This document shows, one piece after another, positions 1 to 13,373 of a DNA stretch of 64,000 nt. The position numbers were made by a program, and so were the translations under genes. The notes beneath the pieces were generated by a model that worked only from the letters and a program-made list of their open reading frames with translations, did no database searches and was not told where the DNA came from. The stretch is from Felis catus. Lineage: Eukaryota. Position 1 is the first letter of the stretch; every line of letters starts with the position of its first letter. The stretch covers positions 22,942,001 through 23,006,000 of the forward strand of contig NC_058383.1 of the NCBI RefSeq assembly GCF_018350175.1. Direction: 5' to 3'.

Positions 1-344
1 GGAGAAATGGTATTCTCTGACATTGTGAGTGGGAGAGGGTCTGGGGACATTGATTTGGGAGAACAAATGAACACTCTAGAAAAATGTTAGTGCCTGTTGC
101 CTAAAAAGCCTTTACACACGTGCATAAGGAAGCATGTACAGATTTGTTCACTGAGGCACGGTTGGTAATGGCAAAAGAAAACAAAAACAAAACTGGATAC
201 AACTGATATACCCAGCAGTAAGAGAATGGATGAATAAGATGTGATTGTGGCAATTAAAATAAATAACCCGTACTATATGCATCAATATGGCTAGAGCTGA
301 AAAACATAATACTGAATGAAAAAAAAGCGTGTTGCAGGGTGATA

Positions 345-905
345 AGTATATTGGTTATCTATTGCCATGTGACAAATTATCCCCAAACTTAGTGGCTTGA
401 AACTACCACACACATTTATTATCTTCCTGGTTTGAGTGAGTCATGAATTTAAGTGGGAGGTCCCGTTCAGGGTTTGTTATGAAGTTAAAGCCAAGATGTC
501 AGCTGGGGCTGCAGTCATCTGAAGACTTGGTTGGGACTGGGTGATCCATTTCTGGGGCGGCTTATTCACCTGGCTGTAAGTTCACACTGATTGCTCTTGA
601 GGGGCCTGAGTTCCTCCCCTTGTAAGCCTCTCCATGGGACTCCTTGAGTCCCCTTACAACATAGCAGCTGACTTGCCCCCAGAGTAAGCGATCCACAAAA
701 GCACAAGGCAGGAGCAGCAATGTCTTTTATAATTTTGTTTTGGGAGTCACACGCCATCCCTTCTGCCACATTCTATTCATTGGGAATAATGAATAGAATT
801 CATTCTATTCTACACTGAGTTTAGTGTACACTTAAAGGAAGAGAAATTAGGCTCCATTTTTCAAAGGAAGAATGTGAAAGAATTTGTGGGCGTATTTTAA
901 AACTA
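345..905. mobile_element. Old MaLR (MLT1-like) LTR inside a degraded L1M
   Basis: tgtgacaaattatccccaaacttagtggcttgaa start and ccatcccttctgccacattctatt motif, typical of MLT1 (from recall). Confidence 0.6.
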
Positions 906-1194
906 GCCTATGTATGATTTGATACCATTTATGTAGTTTAAAAGAATACATTACATGCATAAGCCTGGCCAATCAGAGCTCCCTACCACCCTGGCTACGG
1001 TGATAGCTTCAGGGATAGTTATGTGGCACGACTTAGGCTGATCAGAAATCTTCCCAGCCCTTGCCTACTAGAGATTCTGTCTTTGTTCGGGGGTTGCTAG
1101 GCTTTTCGGATGTAAGTCTTAGACTGCTTAAGTACATTTTGGCCACCAGAATTGAGAGAGCCTTTCTGAAGGACTAAAAGAAAGTTACAGCCTT

Positions 1195-1433
1195 GGGGCG
1201 CCTGGGTGGCTCAGTCGGTTGAGCGTCCGACTTCGGCTCAGGTCACGATCTCGCGGTCCGTGAGTTCGAGCCCTGCATCAGGCTCTGGGCTGATGGCTCA
1301 GAGCCTGGAGCCTGCTTCCGATTCTGTGTCTCCCTCTCTCTCTGCCCCTCCCCCGTTCATGCTCTGTCTCTCTCTGTCTCAAAAATAAATAAACGTTAAA
1401 AAAAAAAATTAAAAAAAAAAAAAAAAAAAAAAA
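1195..1433 (+). mobile_element. Young CAN-SINE (SINEC_Fc-like) with TSD
   Basis: GGGGCGCCTGGGTGGCTCAGTCGG head, CT-rich body and long A tail. TSD AAAAGAAAGTTACAGCC at 1176-1192 and 1430-1446. Confidence 0.92.
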
Positions 1434-1841
1434 GAAAGTTACAGCCCAAATGAGATCATTTGAGCTCCCGGATCAAGACATGCCTGAAACCTGCGTCATT
1501 ATCTCTAGATTTTTCAGTTACATTGAACAATAAATTCCTTTTTTAACTTATGTTGCTTGAGAATTGGGCTTCCATCCCTTGGTCGTATTAGGGTTCTGCC
1601 GGGACACAGAAACAATAGTGTGTGTGTATATATATATATCACACAGCGTCAGTCCCAGTCCAAGCACAGAAGAAAATCGATGTCCAATGTCCCAGCTCAA
1701 CTGAGAGCTGAGCAGGGAGAGTGGATCATCCTTCCTCTGCCTTCTTGTTCTGCTCAGGTCCTCAGCGGCAGAGGATTGGAGGTGTCCCCTCCTATTGGGG
1801 AGGGCCATCTGTTTTACTTAGTCTACCAGTTCAAATGCGAA

Positions 1842-1992
1842 TGGAGCCCCTGGGTGGCTCATTCGGTTGAACTTCTGACCTTGGCTGACGTCATGGTCTC
1901 ACAGGTTCCTGAGTTCGAACCCCGCATCTGGCTCACTGCTATCAGTGTAGAGAACACTTTGGATCCTCTGTTCTCCTGTATCTCTCTGTCCC

Positions 1993-2041
<49 letters not shown>

Positions 2042-2265
2042 AATAAATAAATAAATAGTAAGGGAGACTGGATGGCTCAGTCAGTTAAGAGTCCAATTTC
2101 AGCTTAGATGATGATCTCACAGTTCATGAGTTTGAGCCCCACATTGGACCCTGTGCTGACAGCTCAGAGCCTGGAGCCAGCTTCGGATTCTGTGTCTCCC
2201 TCTCTCCCTGTCCCTCCCCTGCTCTCTTTCTGTCTCTCTCAGACATGAATAAGCATTTAAGAAAA
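1842..2265 (+). mobile_element. Two tandem CAN-SINEs inside an MLT2-like LTR
   Basis: SINE heads at ~1842 and ~2062, a (CT)n tract, and TTCAAATGC repeated on both flanks. Confidence 0.85.
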
Positions 2266-3140
2266 ATTCAAATGCTACTAAGTCACTAAGTTTTAGGGTA
2301 ATTTGTTAGGTGGCAACAGATAAGGTTTTGAATCATGATCAGTGTTTTTAAAATTCCCTGGCCTTTTTATAGATCCACATTGCTTATCTCTCTTTCCTAA
2401 TGTGTTTGTTGCCATTCCTGTTCCTGGGAGTTTTACTTGGTATTGTTCCTTGGGCTGGAGAAATTCATTATGAAATTTGTTTTGGAAAGGTGCATGGGTG
2501 GTATCTTTTCCGAACTCCTGCCTGCCAGACCTTTTTTTTTTTAGGTGTTTCACTTGTATATAAGTGGACCACAATCTTCTCTACTAAAAATCTTGCATGT
2601 TTTCTCCAGCACGACTATGGTGTCTAAATCTTAGAAGTCTGCTGACAACCTTACTCAGATGTAACATCATTTTTCTGCCTGGGATATTGCAGGAATTTCT
2701 CTGTATATATGAGATTTTTTAAATTTCACCAAAAATTAAAAATATATATATACGTTTTGGAGGTTTTTCATTAATTTTTTTTTTTTACTGGTTTTAATGA
2801 ACTGTCAAGGAATCATTTTACTTCTTGTTCTGCGACCACTTCTGTTATTCCCTTGAATCTTTTTCTCTGTTCTGTTTTTCTAGAGATTTAATTAGATGCC
2901 CATTTATCCCTTGAATCTCTTCTCCTTTCTGCTTATCTTTTTTTTTCCTTCATTTTTTTTCTCTCTGAGTTTTAGAACCCTCTAATCTGATCTTCAAATT
3001 TTTTGACTTGATTTTATGCAACATCCAATCTTCTGTTAACTAACTGCCTCTAGGTCCCTTTGAAATTCAGTAGATATATTTTCCATCTCCAGAATAATTT
3101 TATAGCCTAGAGTTATTTTCTTATTAAGAATTGTTTGAGA

Positions 3141-3330
3141 GGGGCACCTGGGTGGCTCAATCTGTTAAGTGTCTGACTCTTGATTTCGGCTCAGGTCATG
3201 ATCTCAGGGTTGTAGGGTGGGGCCCTGAGCTCCCAGCTGACAGTGTGGAACCTGCTTGGGATTCTCTCTTTCTGCCCCTCCCCCACTCTTGCTCTCTCTC
3301 AAAATAAATAAATACGTAAACATTTTAAAA
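3141..3330 (+). mobile_element. CAN-SINE with TSD AGAATTGTTTGAGAG
   Basis: SINE head and tail with direct repeats at ~3127 and ~3337. Confidence 0.88.
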
Positions 3331-5852
3331 AGAGAGAGAATTGTTTGAGAGCTTCAGCAGCTTCTAATCTTTAAGACTACAAATTAGCAAATTTTCTCCT
3401 TTACATTTTGTCCTCTGGGCCATCAGGGTGACTTATCCTGGGACATTTGCCCTAATCCCTCATATCAGCATCCTTTTGACCTGCTAGATCTCCGTATATG
3501 TGCAGTCATGATTCCCTGTTTCCTCATTCTTAGAGAAGGAGGCCTATGTTTGTTCAACACTGGGCGTTAAGATGGGTTACATTCTGTTTGAATGTTTTTG
3601 GCCTGGATAAAGAGAGGAGGGAAAAGTTTATATTTACTGTACCTTTACTTTGCCCTGTTAAAGAGTCAGCAACCTGCGGAGATAGGGAGGGAGCTTCAGC
3701 CCAGAACAGATGCACTGGGGATTTCACCTTTGTGCCCAGTAGCCTCTTTTATCTTCAGATTTAACTGGAGCCATGACACCTTCTTAAGCAAGCCCAGCTG
3801 GCCTTACTGAGGGCCATGTATGGGGTCACCCTGTTTAATCTAGCATATCTCTTGGGACATTGTTGGATATGTCTCCCTGCCCCCACCTTGACCATCATCC
3901 TCACTGACTGCACCCACTGCTGTCCCCGGCTGGTGTACTTAGAGGTAGCATGGATCATGGGGCATCTTTTGGCCTCTTCTACCTGCTCCTGGAATGGGTT
4001 TTTTATTGTCTGGAATGAATCAGTGGCTTGGCAGTCCCTAACCTCAGTCTGGTTGAAGCTCAGTATATCTTAAGGAAAGAGATTCCTGAATGTTTCTGGC
4101 CTGCCATATTTTTTACCTGTGGGGTAGAGTTTTTTCTCACAATAAACCTCATTCTCACTTTGCTGCACTCTCCTTCACTTGGCTGAACAAGCCATGCCTC
4201 AGGCCTCAGCTTACACCCTGCTTCCTCCAGGAAATGTTCCGGGAAGTTCCCCCAAGTAGATACCCTGTGCTGTGCTCTTAGAAACTCTTATATTCTGCCT
4301 GTCACAGGACTCACCACCTGGGGTTCTAACTCTGTTTACTGATCTGTCTTCCCCTGTAGCATGTAGCCTACAGAGTATGGCAGTGCCTGCTCATTCATTC
4401 ATTCATCCATTCAAAAAACATTTACGAGGAGCCAAGTATGTATGAGCCACAGTGCTAGGCGCTGTTTTTGTCCCATGTCCAGTGTGTGTCACAGATTGTT
4501 GAGTAAATATTCAATGTAAGACTATGTGGCCAACTTCAGGGAAACAAAGATGGCAGCCGGTGATCAGCAAGAATGTTGGAACACTGGTGGGTGGGGCTTC
4601 ATTGCAGTTTAGGGAGCAAAGTAAGTCCTAGCGTGGAGAGAGCTGAGCTCCCCTAGCCTCAGCTGGTGCCCTGAGGTCTGGAAGCCTGTGGTGGGAACTG
4701 CCTAACAGTAGCAGTGGCAAGGAGTGAGCCAGGGCTGAAAACTGGACAGACCCTAAATGTTGTAGAAGAGACATCAGGTGGCCAAAGGAAAGCAGTATAT
4801 TTGTGGCTGAGTCCTCCAGGCTGGGGTTCTGCACCCATGAGCCACTGTCCTGGAGTGTGGGAAGTAATTAAACGTATGGACTTTGCAGTCAAAGAAAGTT
4901 ATTTAAGTTCTCAGAGCCTCAGTTTCCTTTTCTGTAAAATGGGAATAAAAGTAGCTTCGTGGGCCACTGTAAGGATTCAATAAAGTGTGCAATGAGTGTA
5001 GCACAACAGCCTAGTGTCTGGCTTACAGCAAAAGTTTTTACCAATGTAAAGTTTTACGATGTAAAATTACTATCTAGACTTGCTTTTATTATCTGTAGTA
5101 CATTTGGGGAAGATAAGAGGAGAAAAACTTTTGCCCCAGTCTGGAGGTATATCTTCAACTCTCTCTTGGGTTCTCTTGGAGCCTTGGGTATGCACCAGCC
5201 TGTAGCAAGTGAAAGGTCCCTTCCTGGGCCTGCGCCTTCCCAGACTTCTCTGTGGCTGAGTTGTAGCACAGAATTACTGGGTTTTCCCTCACGTGCTGCA
5301 TCTGGAGATAAGGTCCAAGATAAGGTCTCATGACCTTGCCATGAGAAGGTAAAAATCTCAGCACTCACTAGCCCCACCTAAACACAGTAATATCCAAGAT
5401 AAAAGGTGTTATCCAGAAATCAAGGGAAAAGCTAAATGAAAGGGCTATCCTGGGACCAAGTAGAAAGGAGTGTAGGACAAAGGGGGTTTGAAAGAGCCCC
5501 TGATGAAGTCCTCTGTCCCCAGATTTACAAGTGTAAGTTGTGGCTCTGGTCCAGTGCATTGAGGCAACTCTCTTTCTAAGCCTGCCCATCGTTTAGGACT
5601 TGGTGACTGATTGGATTGCGGGTGGGGCAAAATGACTTCTAGCTGTTACTGCCTGACTAACTGCGTAGATGGAAGGGCCACCCGCTGACATTTTGGGAAG
5701 GCGAACATATTTTGTGGGGGAGAAGAGACCAAGTTCAGTTGTGAACATAGAGACTTTTGAGGTGTTTGATGGGTGTTGATGTAAAAATGCCTAGAAGGGA
5801 ACTGAAAATGTGGATCTGGAACTCCCAGAGAGTTATATAAAAATATGGATTA

Positions 5853-6040
5853 GGAGTACCTGGGTGGCTCAGTCGGTTAAGCATCCAACTCTTGATCTCG
5901 GCTCAGGCCATGATCTCACGGTTTATGAGATCAAGCCCACATCAGGCTCCACACTGACAGCGCAGAGCCTGCTTGGGATTCTCACTCTGCCCCTCCCCAG
6001 CTTGAGTGTGCGCTCTCTCTCTCAAAATAAGTAAATAAAT
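5853..6040 (+). mobile_element. CAN-SINE
   Basis: cctgggtggctcagtcggttaagc head and aaaataagtaaataaa tail. Confidence 0.85.
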
Positions 6041-6364
6041 ATCTTTTTTTAACTGCAAATAAGGAGAAGATAATGGCTGCTGCAAAGGGGCAAGAATAAG
6101 ATAGTCTAGAAGTATGCAGTAAAATGAGAAGAGAAGCAAAGAGAAAGCCATGGAGAACTGCCACTAGGAGAGGGACTATGGCAGAAGGAAAGCCATCAAA
6201 GATGAGGAAGAGGGAAAGATCAGAGAAGTAAGAAAAAACACGGGAACTAGATGGGATACCACCTGGCATTTTAAGAAGAATTTTGATTCACTGGAAAAGA
6301 AATGCAATTGAATTCTCAAGACATGGAAACACACTTAGCCTCTTTCATAAAGAAATGCATGATT

Positions 6365-6580
6365 GGGGCACCTGGGTGGCTCAGTTGGTTGGGCATCCGA
6401 CTTCGGCTCAGGTCATGATCTCGCAGTGCGTGGGTTCATGCCCCACATGGGGCTCTGTGCTGACAGCTCAGAGCCTGGAGCCTGCTTTGAATTCTGTGTC
6501 TCCCTCTTTCTCTGCCCTTCCCTGCTCATGCTCTGTCTCTCTATGTCTCTCAAAAATAAATAAACATTGAAAAAAAATCT
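6365..6580 (+). mobile_element. CAN-SINE with TSD AAAGAAATGCAYGATT
   Basis: Full SINE with direct repeats on both flanks. Confidence 0.88.
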
Positions 6581-6684
6581 TTAAAGAAATGCACGATTAA
6601 ACAGTGAAGAGACATCATTTTGAACAAATCTATCAGATCAGCAAGAATGGGAAAGTTTCACACTGTGTTGAAAGAGGATGTGGC

Positions 6685-6912
6685 GAGGCGCCTGGGTGGC
6701 GCAGTCGGTTAAGCGTCCGACTTCAGCCAGGTCACGATCTCGCGGTCCGGGAGTTCGAGCCCCGCGTCGGGCTCTGGGCTGATGGCTCAGAGCCTGGAGC
6801 CTGTTTCCGATTCTGTGTCTCCCTCTCTCTCTGCCCCTCCCCCGTTCATGCTCTGTCTCTCTCTGTCCCCAAAATAAATAAACGTTGAAAAAAAATAAAA
6901 AAAAAAAAAAAA
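6685..6912 (+). mobile_element. Young SINEC_Fc-like SINE with TSD GAAAGAGGATGTGG
   Basis: CpG-rich and near-identical to the copies at 13.2, 36.5, 40.4 and 59.2 kb. Confidence 0.92.
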
Positions 6913-7756
6913 GAAAGAGGATGTGGGAAAATAGGCACGCTAAAAGAGTAAAGGCATATACCCTTTGGCCCCGTAATTCCACTTCTAGGAATCCTTGGAT
7001 GGATGTGCTTATACAGGCATGCAGAGAGGTACATAGAAGGATATTGAGTGCAGCATTATTTGTTGTAGCAAAGGTTGGAAACAAGCGTCCATCACTGGGG
7101 GAGTGCCAAATAAACAATGGCACATTATTTCAGTGGAGGGTATGGGGTTGTTAAAACAAATAAGGGAGGTCAATAAGTAATGATGTGGAACAATAGCCCA
7201 GATATTTGAAGTGAAAAAAGGCAGCAGAATACAACTGGAAGTGCTATGATTTATATGAAAATTGATAAGAGTGTGGCTTCGGAGCCAGGCTGCCTTGGTT
7301 TAAATCCCCAGATCCACCACTCTCTGGCTTTGTGACTGGAGGAAAGTCCCCTTCACAGGGGGATCAGTGATGTGGATGAGATTTACTTTGCCCTTTCGTA
7401 CTTTTTGAGTTTTTTTAAAACCTCGAGCATGCGTTACCAATTTTTTTTTATTAAAAAATTTAATCAAGGAAGACATGTGGGTAGCAAATAAGCACATGGA
7501 AAGATGCTCAAATCCATTAGGCGTTAGGGAAATGCACATTAAAAGCACAATATCACTTTATACCTATTAGTATGGCAGCAGTTGCAAAGATGGACAGTTC
7601 TAAGTGCTGTGAAGATGTGGAACGACAGGAATTCTCACACTGCTGGCGGGGATGTAGAATGGTACAGCCACTCTGGAAAACGGACTGGCAGTTTCTTATA
7701 AAGTTAAGTATATCCCTGCATAGTGCCCCAGCACCTCCGAAATGAACAACTTGTGT

Positions 7757-8227
7757 TTTTTTTTAAGTTTATTTATTTTGAGAGAGAGCGTCCCAGCGTG
7801 AGCACGGGGGAGGGGCCGGAAAGAGTGAGAGAGAGAGAATCCCAAGCAGGCCCCAAGCTGCAAGTCAGTGCAGAGCCTGACTTGGGGCTCAGTCTCAAGA
7901 CTGTGAGATCATGACCTGAGCCGAAACAAAGAATCAAACACTTAGCCGATAGAACCACCCAGGCGCCAATGAAAAACTTATGTTGGCAGAAAAACATGTA
8001 TTTGAATGTTCTTAAAAGCTTTTTTTTTTTTTAATTAAGTTTATTTACTTATTTTGAGAGAGAGAGAGCAAGTGGGGTAGGGCCAGAGAGAGAGGGGAGA
8101 TAATGAATTCCAAGCAGGCTCTACGCTGTCAGTGCAAAGCCTGATACAGGGCTTGAACCCACAAACCGTGAGATCATGACCTGAACCGAAGTCAGATGCT
8201 CAACCAACTGAGCCACCCAGGTGCCCC
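7757..8227 (-). mobile_element. Two CAN-SINEs (7757-7968 and 8020-8227)
   Basis: Reverse-complement SINE signatures (tttatttattttgagagag...ccacccaggygcc). Confidence 0.85.
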
Positions 8228-8944
8228 TTTGTTTGTTTGTTTGTTTGTTTGTTTGTTTGTTTTAAAGAATGGTCTAGTCTATACTATTCAGTGACAAAGG
8301 GAAATTTAACGGGATAAGTCTGAGAAGGGTGCATTTGATTGGGTCCTTCTGTGGCCAACTTTGCTGGAGCATCATGATGTGGGAGGGATGGAGTTGGATC
8401 CCAGACTGTAAGGAGTTTGAGAGTCAATGAGGAATTGAAGAAGTGAGGCAGCTATCTGAGGTTATCTTCCAAAAAATATATCTGTACCTGGATACTGAAT
8501 AAATACAACCCAACCTGTCTGGTTACAAAAGAAGTACAGATTAAAGCAACACTGCTGTGGCCCATCTGATTGGTACAGACTGATAGCCTGGGAGCCTTGG
8601 TGTAGGGAAGTGGTGTCTAATCTTTGTAGAAGGCAATTTGAAATCAAGAGACCCACCCCCACCCCCCAAAGTGTCAACTTTTTGACCTAGCCACTCCACA
8701 AGGAATTTATCCTAAGAAAATAACTAGACTACTGGGCAAAGGTGGAGTTATAAGGTTGTTAAATCCAGGTGTCACTTATAATGTAAACCAGTGGAAACAG
8801 CCCATGTATCAAGCAATAAAGGATTAATTAAGTAAAATAATGGTGTATTCATCCCAGAATTTGCTTGCAGTCTTCAACATTTTGTGATCTACACAATAAT
8901 CTGGGATAGGAAAGGACTGGGTGATGGAGAAATGGGACATCTTT

Positions 8945-9965
8945 TTTTTTTTTCTTGTGATGAGAATTTTTTTTTCTTAATTTTATTTTTTATTTTTTAA
9001 AATTTACATCCAAATTAGTTATCATATGATAACTAATGATAACTAATCATCAACAATGATTTCAGGAGTAGATTCCTTAATGCCCCTTACCCATTTAGCC
9101 CATCCCCCCTCCCACAACCCCTCCCGTAACCCTCAGTTTGTTCTCCATATTTATGAGTCTCTTCTGTTTTGTCCCCCTCCCTGTTTTTATAGTATTTTTG
9201 CTTCCCATTTAGCCCATCCCCCCTCCCACACCCCCTCCAGTAACTCTCTGTTTGTTCTCCATATTTATGAGTCTTTTCTGTTTTGTCCCCCTCCCTGTTT
9301 TTATAGTATTTTTGTTTCCCTTCCCTTATGTTCATCTGTTTTGTCTCTTAAAGTCCTCATATGAGTGAAGTCATATGATTTTTGTCTTTCTCTGACTGAC
9401 TAATTTCACTTAGTATAATACCCTCCAGTTTCATCCACGTAGTTGTAAATGGCAAGATTTCATTCTTTTGGATTGTCGAGTAATACTCCATTGCATATAT
9501 ATATATACCACATTTTCTTTATCCACTCATCCATTGATGGACATTTGGGCTCTTTCCATACTTTGGCTATTGTTGATAGTGCTGCTATAAACATGGGGGT
9601 GCATGTGCCCCTTCGAAACGGCATCCTTGTATCCCTTGGATGAATATTTAGTAGTGCAATTGCTGGGTTGTAGGGTAGTTCTATTTTTAGTTTTTTGAGG
9701 AACCTCCATACTGTTTTCCAGAGTGGCTGCACCCGCTTGCATTGCCACCAACATTGTAAAAGAGATCCTCTTTCTCTGCATCCTCGCCAACATCTGTTGT
9801 TGCCTGAGTTGTTAATATGAGCCATTCTGACAGGTGTAAGGTGGTATCTCATTGTGGTTTTGATTTGTATTTCCCTGATGATGAGTGCTATTGAGCATTT
9901 TCTCATGTGTTGGTTGGCCATCTGGATGTTTTCCTTGGAGAAGTGTCTATTCATGTCTTTTGCCC
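8945..9965 (-). mobile_element. 5'-truncated carnivore L1 (ORF2 C-terminus, 3'UTR, A tail) with TSD
   Basis: ORF 9460-9996 reads as L1 ORF2 C-terminus ([10 protein letters not shown]...[14 protein letters not shown]...CWRGC...[14 protein letters not shown]...PMFIAAL). TSD GAAATGGGAC(A/G)TCTTT at 8929-8944 and 9966-9981. Confidence 0.93.
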
Positions 9966-12900
9966 GAAATGGGACGTCTTTATTTTTGCTAAACACTCTT
10001 TTCTACCTTTAGAACTTTGAATCAATTACCTATCAAAAAGTTAAAAGAAAAATTTGAATAAAATAGAAATTATGATCTGGAGTTATAATTACTAACATGG
10101 AAGGCCATTTATAATACAGTGTTTAGTGGGAAAAATACACTGAAGTGTAGGGTGAACATATTTTGTAAAAAAAAAAAAAGATTTATGTGGATAAAGCATT
10201 GTAGTGGAAGAACATAACATTAGCTGTAGTTGTGTCTAGATGGTGGCTTTGGTGACCGTGATTTTTTTCTCTTTTTAGATTTGTACTTTCTGATTTTTAA
10301 AAGAATGATAGGCCTTGTCTAACTAAAAATATACTGGTTTGGGACACTGGTGGAAAAAACTGGAGAAAGAGAATATAGTTTGTTGTTTAGTTCATAGTAT
10401 TGTACCAACATCAATTTCTCAGTTTTGACAACTGGGCCATGGTTCTGTAAGATGCTAACATTAGGGGAAACTGGATGACGGGTATACGGGAACTTTCTGC
10501 ATGATCTTTGTGACTCATTTATAAATCTAAAATGATTTCAAAAAAAAAGCTTGGTGGTAAAGGGAGGAGGAAGATAGGGTATGAATAGAGAGGGATTTTA
10601 GGACAGGAGCATTTTCACAGGCAGAGAAGGGGTCAGGAGAATTGCTAAGAAGCAAGAAGAGGGGCTGTGATAGAGCAAGGTGGCTGAGGCAGGCAGGTGG
10701 GATGGGCCAAGGTGGACAAGTGTCTCTTTCTCCAAGACTGGAGAGAAAATAGCAAAGACAAAGGGGGATGTAGCTAAAGTTTATTCGCAGAAGAGTTTAG
10801 GCCAACCCACTTACCTGGGTTTTCACTGGGAGGTAGGGGCCAGCTCACCTGCGGAAGGTGAGAGGGGTGGGGAAGGTGTGGAGCCTTCGAGGACAGAGAA
10901 GTCCTGGAAGCCAAAATGAGTCATTCAACCCAAATGACCATGATACAGCAGTATTTCCCAATTATCCCAGGAGATAAGAGTCACTTGGAATGTGTTAAAA
11001 TCACAGAGTCCCTAGGCCTTCCATTGATACCTACTTAATCAGAAATTCCAGAGGAGAGACTTGATAATCTTTATATTTAACAAATGCCCCAGGAGGTTCT
11101 TCTCCAGAGGGAAGTAGGAGGGACACCAAAGTAAAAAGAATTGCTCAAAGTGTGCTTGGAGGACCAGCAGCAGTGGCCTCACCTGGGAGCTGGTTAGAAC
11201 TGCACACTTCACTCCAGACCTAAGAAACCTTCAACTGCGTTTTCAATTTGATCCCTAACTGAATCACATACACACCAAAGTTTTAGAAGTGTTATGTTAA
11301 GTAATCCCCATTGGCATGCATATGTACAACTGACACAATTACATGACTCTCCCCAGTGATGAGATCACAGGGATGGAGGAAGGAACTCCCATTTGGACTG
11401 AACAGGGTGGGGAGGGTGGAAAGAGTAAGATGGTGGTGGTAGAAAGGTTTGAGCATGGGGTCTAGGATGGAAAGAAGGTAAAAGGGAGGGCTGATGAGCT
11501 GAGAAAGTCTGGAGATTTGGATTGGGTCAAGAAGCTGGGGTAGAGGGAGCACAGGGCAGAAAGGGTGGAGGGATGGGAGGGAAGTTCATATCCAAGGTGT
11601 TGCCTAGGTAGTGGGTGGCTACAGAGCAATTGGAATGGAGGCACTCATGGAGTTGGGCGGTCTCCTGATTGAGTAGGTTATTCACGGTTTAAGTTCCAGT
11701 TGTTCAAGGTGAGGCTCTATGCTTGTTTGTTCAGCCACCATTCTTTGGGGATCCTGGTGATTTGGCTGGAATTCACTCTTATAGGGATGAGTATGTGACC
11801 TAGACATGGCCCGCTAGAGTGCTTCATTCTCTGGTCACAGTGATTTGGCTCAGAACTGAGCATGTGACCCAAGCAGGACCAATCAGAATCTCTTAGTGAT
11901 TTTGATCTGTGTTAAGCTGGGCAAGAAGAAATTCATTTCCTTAGACATGAATGAGTCAAAGCAATAACGGCTTGTGAGGGATGGTGGTGGATGTCAGAGG
12001 CCATCTTCTTGCTCAATGGAGAAAGATGATTTTGAGAATAAAGGCAAGGACACCACGGAAATGGGTAACAGGGATGGATGAAGCCCGATGACTGACAGAA
12101 CACCTGGGTGCTTCCATGCCTAAGGCTAGATGCATCTGCATGTCTCATTTAAGTGAGTGAAAATATTCAGCTCCTTTGTTGAAGGCCACGTGAGCCAGAG
12201 TATCTGTCTCAACTGAAAAAGCGTGACTACAAGAAGAAAATAAGGCAGCACGGGCTGACATCGTCAGAGGAAGTCAACAGAACCCTTGGGTGATGATGGA
12301 TGTCATGTGACAAGGATGAATGAGGGTGGTATGTCTGATGCCAGGAGCCTCGGAGGAGGGCAATAAGGAATGGCATGGAAGTAGAGGAGAGGGTCCAGGA
12401 GAATGTCAAGAGCACCTGGAGAAATGCCTGCTGGCAAGGGAGCAGCCTCCACCAAAAGCCTGATAAGCAAAGCCTGGTCACTAACTGGGCCTGGCCCTCA
12501 TCTGGGTTGAACCTTGATCTTGACCACAGATTGACTTCTGACCCTGACTATGGGCTGGGCCGTCCCGTGGCCATGAGTTGACCCTTGGCTCAGGGCACAT
12601 ACCAAACCTTGATCCTGTTCTTTTTCTCTTTTTTCAGACTCAGTGTCAAGTGTCTGGAGCAAGCTGGCTGGTTCAGGGCAACCACAATGTCCCTTATTCC
12701 ATGAATTGCACTCATCACTCGGGAAGGTCTAGGACATTATTTCAAGATCCCAATCCTTGGCCCAGAACTCCAACTGCAGTTTTCCATCGGGAGAACCAGC
12801 CAGTGACCTCCCAAATCTTCCCCTCTCTCTGGACATCTCTGCCCCAGGGGGAAATGATGAGGACACCCTCTTGGCTCCTGGAGTGTTCGGTAAGCCTGTC

Positions 12901-13161
12901 CATTTCCATAAACTGTCAGCCAAGGATGTGAAGGGCAGGTTGGCATTGGTTCTGTCCCTGTCCTCAGATCTGCATTAAAATGTGCTTCCCCAGTGATCCA
13001 ATTTGCTGATTTCTCAGGTGCCCAGCTGTAAGCCAAAAAGTTTAAGTCAGCAATAGCAGATCCCAGCGTTCCACAACTGCCTTGAGAACCTTCAGGAGTT
13101 ACAAAGCCAGAGCTCGTTTTTGTTGTTGTTGTTTGTTTGTTTTTTGGTTTTTTGTTTTTGT

Positions 13162-13373
13162 TTTTTTTTTCAACGTTTATTTATTTTTGGGACAGAGAGA
13201 GACAGAGCATGAACGGGGGAGGGGCAGAGAGAGAGGGAGACACAGAATCGGAAACAGGCTCCAGGCTCCGAGCCATCAGCCCAGAGCCCGACGCGGGGCT
13301 CGAACTCACGGACCGCGAGATCGTGACCTGGCTGAAGTCGGACGCTTAACCGACTGCGCCACCCAGGCGCCCC
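13162..13373 (-). mobile_element. Young SINEC_Fc-like SINE with a GT-rich low-complexity tail
   Basis: Near-identical to the 6685 copy, in reverse complement. Confidence 0.92.

Noticed and set aside
1195..1280. tRNA-like A-box/B-box (TGGCTCAGTCGG...GTTCGAGCCC)
   Set aside because: This is the tRNA-derived head of a SINE, not a tRNA gene.
9460..9996. 178-aa open L1 ORF2 fragment as a functional gene
   Set aside because: The copy is 5'-truncated, the ORF start lies in flanking DNA, and the CCHC His appears replaced (LLQCWW).
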